A stretch of DNA of 64,000 bases from Setoptus koraiensis (lineage: Eukaryota > Animalia > Arthropoda). The DNA lies in the NCBI GenBank assembly GCA_048013815.1, contig CM106586.1, positions 21,390,001-21,454,000 of the forward strand. Reading direction: 5' to 3'. The position numbers and the translations under genes were made by a program. This document shows, piece by piece, positions 50,601-61,607 of the stretch; the stretch's first letter is position 1, and every line of letters begins with the position of its first letter. The notes under the pieces are model-generated. The model had not been told where the DNA came from and made no database searches. It saw only the letters and a list, made by a program, of their open reading frames with translations.

Positions 50601-51068
50601 TGAACATGTCACTTAGGCCACCAAAAGGAGTTAGTTGTCGATTGGCTTTCATGATTTACCTGTGTAATGTTGTGCGTGTGTGATAGTCGTTGATATCACA
50701 TCAAATGGTAACAAGTAATGTAAGCAACTTCCAAGTCACAGTGTTCATTTGGCGTGCTCGTCGTTTCTTGAAATCACTAGATATGTTTTTGGCTAGACTA
50801 TTTTTCGCACACTTTGCGCACATATATAAATAAATACCAGATTCTGTGAATCAGACAGTTTGAATTTTCTAGTGCCAGTTGTTTTTAACGGCCTTTTTAC
50901 TACACTACTGATACTTTAAACTTTATGAAGCAATTAAAACCCCACAGTACAACACCAATCAACAACAACAACAACAATTACAATTACAATTTTATACATT
51001 TTACACATAGATAGATACCCGTCACCCAAACTCACTCACCCGAACCAACCAACATAATCATCATCATT

Positions 51069-51854
51069 ATGGATCTAATCAGCTTTGACTTCATTTTAAA
51101 ATATAAGGACGACGTTGATTGGGACAGTCTCAAGGGCAACCTCATCTTTTTGGGACATTCGCCAATGCGTTTATTTTCAGCTATTGCCTTATATTTATTA
51201 GTGATACTTAAATTAGGACCTAGTGCTATGCACAAACGTCAAGCGTTTGATTTAAGAAATTTAGTCAGAGTTTACAACTTTTTCAATATATTCTTCAATG
51301 TCTGGCTAGCCTATAGAGGCATCAATTTGAGCGGCAACGGAGCATCATTTTTCACATGCCATTGTCTTGATAGAGACTACAAAAATTACGGTATCTACAT
51401 TGACATATTTATATTGTCAAGAGTGATTGACTTTTTGGATACTATATTCTTTGTGCTAAGAAAGAAACAATCACAAATAACAGGACTGCATGTTTTTCAT
51501 CATAGCTTTGTGCCAATTACAATCTATTTTGTAGCCATGTTCTCCATGACACCATTTAGTGGATTTTTATTAGTTTTAAATGCAATAGTGCACGTTGTAA
51601 TGTATTCATATTATTTTCTTGCTACATTTCCCACTATTGCGCCTCATCTCTGGTGGAAACGTTACATAACAAAAATACAGATAGGACAGTTTGTGTTGGC
51701 ATTGACCTATTTCTGTTTAGGCTATCTGCTATTACCAAAATATTGCGATGATCCACCTATGGTGGCCGTAGTCACAAATTTAGTGTCGGCCTTGGTGTTT
51801 TTAACTTTGTTTTTATCATTTTACTCTAGTGCTTACAACAAGAAAACAAAATAA
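51069..51854 (+). CDS. Very-long-chain fatty acid elongase (ELOVL family), intronless
   Basis: DFLDTIFFVLRKK, LHVFHH, NAIVHVVMYSYY, WWKRYITKIQIGQF; C-terminal KKTK ER-retrieval-like signal. Confidence 0.95.
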   Translation: MDLISFDFILKYKDDVDWDSLKGNLIFLGHSPMRLFSAIALYLLVILKLGPSAMHKRQAFDLRNLVRVYNFFNIFFNVWLAYRGINLSGNGASFFTCHCLDRDYKNYGIYIDIFILSRVIDFLDTIFFVLRKKQSQITGLHVFHHSFVPITIYFVAMFSMTPFSGFLLVLNAIVHVVMYSYYFLATFPTIAPHLWWKRYITKIQIGQFVLALTYFCLGYLLLPKYCDDPPMVAVVTNLVSALVFLTLFLSFYSSAYNKKTK

Positions 51855-52948
51855 AGCATTCCTATTATCTAAATTTGTTGGGCGCAAAAAGGTACATTGT
51901 AATACCCATAACTCCGAATCTATATCTTTATATTTTTATTTTACCTATTTTATTCTAGTTGATCATGGATCTGTGGTTCGACTTGATCTTGTCCAAGGAT
52001 TCGTCATCGTCACCACAAATTTAATTGCAAGATATGAATCAAAGAACAGAATCCAAGTGTCAACTTTCGAGTGGCGGAAGGTCACGAAGGTTGAGTTATG
52101 ATGCGATCAGCCAGTCTCTAGATTATGTATTGACGTTCGCCATTGCTAAAAAACAGACCAACCATGTTTTTGGCAAGACTAGTCAAGTTAGGCAAGTGAA
52201 ATTGAAGTGTGGAATGTCATTCTTGGAAAATCATTCAGTTGATTGATTTTGGGATATTCACACCTTCTCTAACAAGCAAATAGAAGGTCTCTGTATCGAC
52301 CTTGAAACGTGTAATCAAAATGATGGCCTGCAATGTTACTTCTGGCGGGTTGTATTGATCGGGAAAATGGCAAAGGTGTCATAGGTGATGATGGTTGCGT
52401 GCCAGCTAGACCACAATAATTGAGATTGATCACTTGGGCCGGCAGTGATTTGCGTCGTGCTGGTCGTCATCGTTGGCACGCATATATTGAGCACGCATGA
52501 GACAGGCTGAAGAATGGATAATTTAAATTTAGATATTCACAACAACGACAATAATTAATTAATTCATCTTACAGGATGAAATTTGACCTTTCGATTTCTG
52601 CTTGCCAATCTGATCATCGATCAATAATCAGGTTGTCACAAATTGCACCAAATTTGAATTGGTCAACATTGTCAACGATTGACTTGAATGATTCAATCTG
52701 TCCAATTGAATTATGCGCGTCAAGTTACCTGGTACCTTCCGGTAATCTCTGTTCGGTATGAAAACAATTGTCACATCTATTGTCATTGTAATCAGTCTGT
52801 CTCTGCCTGTTGTTCGAGCGGCACCGCATGCAGAATAAAATATCACTTATCACTCGGTGTGTCTAAAACTGATAATTTATTAATAATAACTCATAGATTA
52901 CTCAATCAAAGGTTGATTAAAGATTTTAAACTTACATTTACATTTAAC

Positions 52949-54950
52949 ATGGTAGAAGTAAACGAATGCGCCAGCAGCAAGGCGACAATTAGCCAACAAG
53001 CCGATAACAATGATCAAAACAACAATTCTCTAGATGTATCCGACTTGATTAGATTCGAGGCACCCTCAAAAATCGCTCAATTTTACACAGACAAATGTAT
53101 TTTAGTCACCGGAGGCACAGGCTTCATAGGAAAGGTAACTAGCGTACACGTTGTGGCGGCCCCAATGGAGCGAGCACTGCAGTCATTGGGCCAATCAATT
53201 AACTTTCTCTCTTGATCCTCTCTCTCGTCATCCCTTGTGAATCCCTTGTAAATGCCTTGCGAATCTCTTGTGCGCGCCAGGTTTTAATTGAAAAGCTGTT
53301 GCGCTCGTGCGACGGCCTCAAATGTATATACGTGCTCATGAGGCCGTCCAACGGAAGATCGGCCTCTCAACGCCTGGACGACATGCTCTCCAAGAGGCCA
53401 TTTGATCTCAATTTATCGAAACAAAGCGTCGCCCATAAATTAAAAGCAATAGAGTGCGACCTGTCGCAAGCCGGCCTGGCGCTCAGTGACACCGATCTGG
53501 CCACCCTCAAGGACAACGTGTCCATTGTTTTCCACGTGGCGGCCTCTGTCAAATTCGACGCATCTCTCAGGTGAGTTCTCAGGTGAAATCTCCACACTCT
53601 ACATGTGAAATATCCAGTCTGCAATTGATAATGATGCTAAACCGAAAATAATTGCTCTCAATTGTCGTCGCCAGGGAAAACATGAAACATAACGTCGAGG
53701 CCACACGCGAGCTGCTCGTGGTGGCCAGCCAGTTCAGCAAGCTGGTCAGCTTCGTGCACGTGTCGACGGCCTACTCCAACTGTCAGCTGCGCAACATCGA
53801 TGAAATAGTCTACGAGATGGACATTGAGCACCACCAGGACATAATGCGGGCCAAGGGCTACCTGGACGGGGACCTCACAAGCCCGGCCTCAACAAGCGGC
53901 AACAACAGCGAGGCGGCGGCGGCTCAGTCCGAGCCGCAGCAGCGGCACAACAGTAGCGGCCCGCCAAAACCGGCCCGCCGTCAAACACAATACTCGGCAC
54001 TTTTGGAGCACCGGCCCAACACGTACACCTACACAAAGGCGCTGGCCGAGAGCGTCATAAATCAATACAAGGACAAGCTGAATATTGCCATCGCCCGGCC
54101 CTCCATTGTTACGTCCGCGATGCGGGAGCCGGCCGTCGGCTGGGTCGACACATACAACGGACCAATCGGACTGTCCATAATGGGCGCGTTGGGTATTTTG
54201 CAGAGCATCGATGTCAACAGCGAGGTCGTGTTTGACTTGATTCCGGTGGACATAGTGGCCAATTCGCTCATTAACATTGCCTGGTGCATCGCGGAACACC
54301 CAAACAAGTTTGCGTCGAAGGTGTTCAATTTGACCAGCGGAAAAGAGAACCCGTGCTCCTTTTATGAGTACTTTCAGGCGGGCCGCGACGAGGCCCACAT
54401 GAAACCGTCGGTGCGCGTCACCCGGCCCATACTCACCATACCCAAGCAGCGCGGCAAGAATGCCTTCACGCACTGGCTACACAAAATATTCACCCATTTG
54501 CTGTTCGCTTACATAATGGACTTCTTTTTTTCGCTATCCGGTCAAAAACGCGTCATGGTAAGCATGGTGCGAAAGATGCATCACGCCAACAAGATATTTG
54601 AATATTTTTGCTCAAATCAGTGGTTTTTTACCGGAGATAATATGCAACAATTGCGTCAGCTAATGAGCGAAACCGATCTGGAAACATTTAATTGTAACGT
54701 GCAAAGTATCGATTGGAATGTGTACGCTCGCACCAGTTGGCTCGGTTGTCGGCGCTACATTTTGCGCGAGGACGACTCGACCATTGAGCTGGCCAAGAGG
54801 AAATACTCAAAGGTTTGCCTGGCCTATTGGCTGGCGAAATTGTTGCTGGTGCTGCTGGTCACTCTGGTGGCCATTGTGTGCTGTTCGCCTCACCTGTATC
54901 TGTCCAGTTTAATTTGTTTGCCCTGCTATAGCATAGTGTATCTGTTGTAA
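52949..54950 (+). CDS. Fatty acyl-CoA reductase (FAR), 3 exons
   Basis: VTGGTGFIGKVLIEKLLRSC (Rossmann fold), VFHVAASVKFD, FVHVSTAY, PNTYTYTKALAE (YxxxK), ARPSIV, EPAVGWVD; C-terminal TM. Exons 52949-53134, 53281-53570, 53675-54950. Confidence 0.95.
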
Positions 54951-56180
54951 TTGCTAGTCTTGTTGTGTGTATCTGTGTAATTATTATCTTATATAATTAT
55001 ATTATTAGCAACTTGTTACTGCAAATCAGGCTACTCGGCGCAGTTGTTTTTATTATATTATATACTTACTTATATTTAAGCTACCTGTATCGCTGCGACA
55101 GCAACAAAATAACAACATTGCATCGGTCCGAATAGGCTTATATCTTAATGTATTGTTTTGCAAGCGGCCGACTTTGTACAACTTTTTATAAAACTTAAAT
55201 GCCAAACCTGTTGAACGCGAACCAAATGCTCCTATGCTGCTTCTTGGCTCTCCTCTAACTGAGCTACCCTGAGTCGAACGGCTGCCATTTGATTGGTGCA
55301 GTCACCTGTTCGAATTTCGTGCTGCTTCCATTTCCATTTCGGCTCATTCGTGGCCGTTTTGCGGCCAAAAGCCTGACGACGTCACGGTTTGAGAAGCGGC
55401 CGTCTTGAGTTTCGGCCGTTTCTCCGAAACATGGTGATGGCTACAATCTCGATTTCGACGCTTGTTTCCCCCGAAGCTCCAACGGCTCTCTTTGCACTGA
55501 TAATTCGTTATTGACATCTTTTTGAGATATCTGTGTCAGAGCCAACTGTTCTGCACTGAACAGTTTGCCTCGTCGGCCGAAATCACTGGCCGCACTTGTT
55601 AGTGGCTGCTTATATTCACGGGACACTACAATCAATCGTTATAATACAACTCAAGGCAAGGCGAAAAGGATTATTGTGATCAGTTGGTGATCGCCGTCGT
55701 CTCAAGTCGTCATTTTTCATAGAAACCCGATATAACTACTTACAAGACTAATATGCACATCATTTGCTGTCTGAGTAGCGTTCAATTAACGTTTTTCCTC
55801 AAGTACGAACTGTAAATGCACACAAACTAGACATAGACTAGACTTTGATGAAATAGACATGCAGATCCGAGTGCTTTTCCAGCAATAGTCACCGTTAAAT
55901 GCGTTCAAAGTTTCAGTATCGGGCGATATTGCTATGCTGGCAAACATCACCCAAAACAATAGCAATAATCGAAAACAAATTTGACGCCTAACATTGGCAA
56001 AGTAAATCAATTAGCAAAAGAGCTACATTGATCGCTAATTAATTGATTATAAGTAATTTCTATTTAGAGAGAAAAATTTTTGCTTTGCTATCCACAATAA
56101 GTGCCACGTATTCATCTCAATCGCAAACAAGATAGATAGCAAATTCTGAAATAACTGCAAAACAAACCGTGACAGCAAAA

Positions 56181-57081
56181 ATGGGTTCAATCCAACGTCA
56201 AGCCAACGTAACTGACAATTGGCAGTACTTTGACGACAATGGTGAGTTCAGCAACGCATAACATGATTGCTGGTGGCAAAAACTGTAAAAAGAAAAAAAT
56301 GCATAGCCATCATATCTAATTATAATCATTCTGTCATTATCTACTCTCAGAGCGATTCTTTTTCTTGAGAAATCCAGAGAGAGTTGTTGTCTGCGTGATG
56401 GGCTATTTTACAATTTTAGGTCTATTAAAACTATTTATGCGATTCAGAGGACCCTTTGAGCTACTGACACCAATTCGTCTGTACAACTTTTCCCTGGTTG
56501 TCATCAATTTTCTAATGACATTGTATACGTTGTCAAAAACAGACTATGGCTTGGACTTTTTACGCTGCCATCCACAGAAATTCGTCACTATGGGCCCCGT
56601 GGCAAGAATCTGTGATTTATATATTGCAACCAGGGTTTTTGAATTTCTAGAGACGTTCTTTTTTGCGCTGAGAAAAAAAGACAATCAAATATCTTTTTTG
56701 CATGTTTTTCATCATACCTACGTGCCACTAATAGGTATCACTATGGCCTACGATGTTACTAGCCCGGTGGTTTTAGTTGCAGTGTTATATAATTCAATTA
56801 TACACGTCGTTATGTATTCATACTATGCAATGGCCACCTACGCAAACCTTAAACCGTTTCTCTGGTGGAAGAAACATTTAACTGGATTACAATTAGTACA
56901 ATTTTCTATCATGATGGCACTTGGTGCCTATCAAGTGCTTCTGTTCATTAGAGACAAATGCGAATATAAGCCATACAAAGCGGCCTGTCTGACATTCCTC
57001 ACTGGCTTTGTATTCATGGTATTGTTTGTCAATTTCTACATACAGTCATATATGCAGCAAAACAAAAAGAAGAGCCAATAA
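56181..57081 (+). CDS. Second ELOVL elongase, 2 exons
   Basis: EFLETFFFALRKK, LHVFHH, NSIIHVVMYSYY, WWKKHLTGLQLVQF. Exon 1 56181-56241 (GTGAGT donor) joins exon 2 56351-57081 in phase. Confidence 0.93.
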
Positions 57082-57098
57082 ACACTCTCAGATCCTAT

Positions 57099-57366
57099 AT
57101 GCTGATGATTGGAACTCTCAATCAAATTGCTTTCACAGATATCATCAATACTGTTCTTGTTCACTTATTTCTCTATCAATTTTTCTTGTATGGTCTGCCT
57201 GTTAACATCAGCACCCAATTTTAGACCATCATTCCGTTATTTCAATTTACCTACAACACTATTAAGAATGCTCGGTGCTGGAGCAACGATGTTCGTCATA
57301 AACTCTTTATACGAAGCCCAATTCAAACAGCGACTGTCTCCTAACTCTTCTACTCAAAGGTTCATC
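57099..57366 (+). pseudogene. Chimeric duplicated fragments: SLC12A9 CDS piece fused to CDK CDS piece
   Basis: 57099-57312 copies 43525-43734 with 5 substitutions and a 4-bp insertion. 57313-57366 is identical to 46215-46268. Confidence 0.95.
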
Positions 57367-57640
57367 TTTCGTTGAAACATCATGATCACTGTTTCCCATT
57401 TTATATCGCCATCTACATTACAGTATTATTACGGTCGCATCACAAATCAGATCCAATCGATCGTGATCACGCAACATGACATCCGAAATACAGTTTGTTT
57501 CTGAATACTTGCACTAGACAATTTTTCCAGCCCAAATTCGTTGCGATTTTTGCCCGACAGATGCTGTTAGTGTCGACTGGAGAAACTCTAATCACACCTA
57601 GATTATTAGATTCTTCGAGTCAATCTGAGCGAATAAAATA

Positions 57641-57691
57641 AAAGTAGCCCCATTGGGCGCATGTCTCAACACGCTCCACTGGGGCTACTTT
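57641..57691. repeat. Hairpin: 12-bp perfect arms, extendable to about 19 bp
   Basis: AAAGTAGCCCCA and TGGGGCTACTTT, with further TGG-GCG/CGCTCCA pairing around a 12-nt loop. Confidence 0.85.
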
Positions 57692-58055
57692 CTAACCGTG
57701 GTTCCGTGTGGGGCCCTGCTCGCGGTAACAAGTCAATTCTGTCCATGTGTTCGCACTTAATCCAAGCTGAGCAGATAAAGTGAGCCCCATGCAATCGATA
57801 CGAAAATTCTCGTCAATTTAGTGAGAAATCTAAACCAAAACCGTTCAGCTCAAACTCGATCGATACTTCCAATTGAGCGTTACAGTTAGTTCGTTGAACT
57901 TTCCTTGCCAGTAGTGAATATCTGCAACGAAAAAGAGAATTTAAACAGCCGAAAAAACAAGATAGTGGCAGCAAGATAGTGGTAGAAAAGTTTTGAGTTT
58001 CGCATTTCAAGCAAATTTCTAGATTGTCAAGTCAATCAGTCAAAACCAGCGAAAA

Positions 58056-59253
58056 ATGTACGTTCCAATTAAATTGGTTAGGAAGCGAAAGCGCTTCAAA
58101 ATGAACTCGCTCACCGTAAGCGCGTGCATATATTCTCATTTGTTACTTGTTTGTTGTTGTTGTTTTGTGGTTTGCACGAGCACAATTGTGGCCACGCAAC
58201 CGTTAGTGTTTAACTATTCGGAGAAATCATCATGCGAGCAATTTTCCAACGAGGTATCATTGATACAAACACTGCAAGAAACCTGTCACATGTTACAGTG
58301 GAGCAGCGCCAGGCTGAGCCACTGGCTACTGTCCGACGGTCAATTAACTAACGGTGGAAAAGCTGACCACTGGTCATCTGATGACCCCCGGTCGGAGCAG
58401 CATCATCGTTTATGTCTGCATCGCCAGCGCCAAAATTCAAGAAGGGGCCAGCGGCACACAGTGAAAAAATTCTGTCACAATCTGTCGGCGGATTACATCG
58501 ACGAAAACAATCATCACATAATCAGCGTTGATAATAAATACACAACAATTTGCAATAGATTACTGGACGCCATTCGGGCCAGCAAGAGACAAGCGAGGTA
58601 TTTGGGTGGCCGTCGGCACCGACGCTGGCACCGCCGGCACCACCGGCCAATGGCCAATGGTGACAGGCGTCATTTACATAGAGCACAAAGCGATCGAAGC
58701 AGATATCGGCGACACAGACCCAATTATTCCCTCGATAAGTCAGAAAATAATCTGACTGTGTGGCACTTTATGCAAAACGCTCTGGCCATCAGCTCTGGCC
58801 ACAACGATTCGCTCGAGTCGCGAACTCGAGTCACACAAGACGCGCACGACAGCAAGCTCTACAGTGACGACTTGGAAATGGATAAGAAAAACTTTGAGAT
58901 ATTGCGCACATTTGACGCATATCTAATGAGATTCGTGCAAAGTGACAAAAACACAACAACAACAATGAAAACGCCGAACAATTCAAATGGAGCAGACCCC
59001 ATTTCGGAGTCTCACCACAGCAACAGCAAACCGCCAGACCAATCGGATGAATTGTTTGTGCCGCCTTACATGATCAATTTGTACAACAGATTAACCGATC
59101 CTGTTTCGGGACAAACGTTGCAAGCGTTGCCCTATTATGCAAAACTGGTGCGAAGTTTCTCGCTCGACATCAAATACTATTCACGCACACACACAAACAA
59201 TGCAGAGCATGAAAATAATGGTGAAAATTTCGGCTTGAATATCGTGCCACAAG
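58056..59253 (+). CDS. First coding exon of a TGF-beta/BMP-family precursor (ADMP-like prodomain); rest of gene not found in the window
   Basis: Signal-like segment from Met at 58101. FVPPYMINLYNRLTDP...PYYAKLVRSF matches the BMP prodomain latency motif (PxYMxxLY...VRSF). GTAAGT donor at 59254. No cystine-knot exon seen downstream. Confidence 0.7.
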
Positions 59254-61547
59254 GTAAGTCTAGAAGAGCAAAAGTTGGGCCAGAAAAAACTGAACCAACG
59301 CCACCAAAAGCCTTTTTTCGCGCATTTTTTCTCTCCGCTTTATCTTTGAGTAATCCCAACTAATTGAGCCCGGCGTCCGCGCAAAATTAGCTAGTCCACT
59401 TTTTGCGCTTCAATTCGCTTGCTCCGACCAAGCCCGTCGACAAACGTAACGATGCTGATAATGGTCTGTTATTTTCGAGTATAAATGCAAACAGTGCCGT
59501 CTCGCCTCCATTGTTTGGGCCCAGAAACGCCAGTCCGGACAGTGCTTGAGCTTAATTAGTCGGCGTCTGCTGCAACAAGGAAGTTTAACGTTCAAAATAA
59601 AGCTATTGCCATCGGATACTTCGACAATGGCGCCGCTCTGTGGCGCGCCATATAGTGTTGATGAGTGTCTAATATAACTTATTTCTGTCGAGCATCCAGA
59701 TATTGTGTTTGGAATTTCGGTTGTGGCTGCGAGACAAATAAAACCATTGGAGGCTCCGTAAGTTTTCGGACCCCGTTCGATAGTGTGTGGCTGTTGTAGG
59801 GCGATCATTTTCAAATGTTTCAGACAATTTCTGGACAATTGCCTTCGCCAAATGAAACGGTTCCAACGGAGACCCGCGTTTCCAGCCAGAAACTGATTGA
59901 ATTTGTGACGTTTCGGAAGTGCGTGCGCGCAACATCGCAACCGCTAGTCGGCACAGGAGAGATTCTGGGCAAGCGGAAATAGAAGAGAAAAACCAATCGA
60001 CGTTTGCGATAAATGAAGAGGCGCACACAATGGCCTCGTGGTAGCACATTGAGCAACACTGAAGCACCTCCATATGTAAATAAGCTGTTAGCGGTCCTTA
60101 TGAAAGCAAGCAAACCTCCAAAATGAGGCCCGTCTTCCATCTATGAGGCCCGTTTGAGACGGGCGTGATATCGATCGACTCTGTCAATTGCAATATAGCA
60201 ATATAACAATTGGCCAGCTGTTCAATGGGCCGATTGATTGTCCACTCATGGCGTCGCATTAATATTCGCGATATTTACATAGTTGTATTAATATTATGCA
60301 AAGCGTCATCCACAAAATGTCGTTATATGATACGAGAATTCTTCAATCATATTTCTGATCCACTGATAGCAACCATGACATGAGGAAATGTTGCTGTCTC
60401 AAAATGTGTTGGCGAGATGTTGTTGTCGCTAAACGCACAATCAATGGTCAGTAGTCGTCCGATTTGAATAGTATTGCGTTTTTCGAAATTCGCGAAAATT
60501 CCAGAAACCGAATACATCTTGGTGGCTTGCAAGGGAAATCCGTCTTGCAGCAACACTCTTGTTTACTCACTCAAACAGCCAGTGCTATAGTCTTCGTGGA
60601 CATGGCAGCGATTATCAGGTGCCGCTAATCTAATAATGGGGCCCCGTAAATGAGTGCTATGTACTCGCATTCATTTATGAAAACGTGCATAGATCCTGAT
60701 TGAGCCAGACAAAATAGGATAATTTCATTTATTTCCTTGGAAAGCATGCTTGTACCGCCCCAAAATAGCAGCTCCATTGTCGGTGCACACGAGATGAATA
60801 CCGGCCCGTCTCTCTGTATCTATAAATATCTCACACATACTTTTTCACACTGTGCGGACCTCAATTCGTCGAAGTCGGCAATCAAGTGCGCGCATAGGCT
60901 TCGCTAGAGAATCTTTCGCTCCAATTTCGTGCAGATTCATGGGGGTTCCAAATCGCACCCGCTTGGCTGCAGATGGAGTCCGTTCGAACAGACTTGCACG
61001 AGCACGATGGGTTTGGTATTTGATTAGAGAGACGCCACTGAAATCGCTTGCGCCAGGCAAAAGAGTAATTGTTCGAGCCACTGTTATTCTGAGAAACATC
61101 GTTCTCTCAGTGGTGGAAATGCGTATTTTTAGCCAGTTTTTCCCATGTAGTCGCGTTTGCCGCTCAACGCGTGTTCGGGATAAAATGTCGGAACACTTTC
61201 CCCTTCACTGTCTCCTGGATCTGGCACGAAAACAAGAGCTTTCATGCGTTTGGAGTTATCGGTTTCTGGTGCTTGAGTGTAGTAGGGTCAACCGAAAAAA
61301 TTTGCTAGAGCACCGTTTTTTTTTTGAAATTTTTACATTTTTAATTGATTCGGTGCGAACAAATTGACTCAAACTCGGCAGCTCAAACGCCCCCATCCTT
61401 TCAGGCCGAAAAAGCGTACGAAAACGTAAGAATGCGACAAACTCTCGTTCGCTTGAGGGCAGATCGATTTGCATAAAGAGCAATGGTGCGACAACATTTC
61501 GGTGCCCGTGCCGTATTCCGTCGCGTTCGCACCAACCATATATGCCT

Positions 61548-61607
61548 AACCTGAGCCGTATATACTCAACCTGAGCCGTACATACTCAACCTGAACCGTA
61601 TATACTT
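61548..61607. repeat. 20-bp tandem repeat, 3 copies
   Basis: Unit AACCTGAGCCGTATATACTC. Confidence 0.9.

Noticed and set aside
57109-57375. 88-aa ORF resembling a second SLC12A9 gene
   Set aside because: It is the duplicated fragment: it starts at a non-ATG codon, has a 4-bp insertion relative to the source, and runs into antisense CDK sequence.
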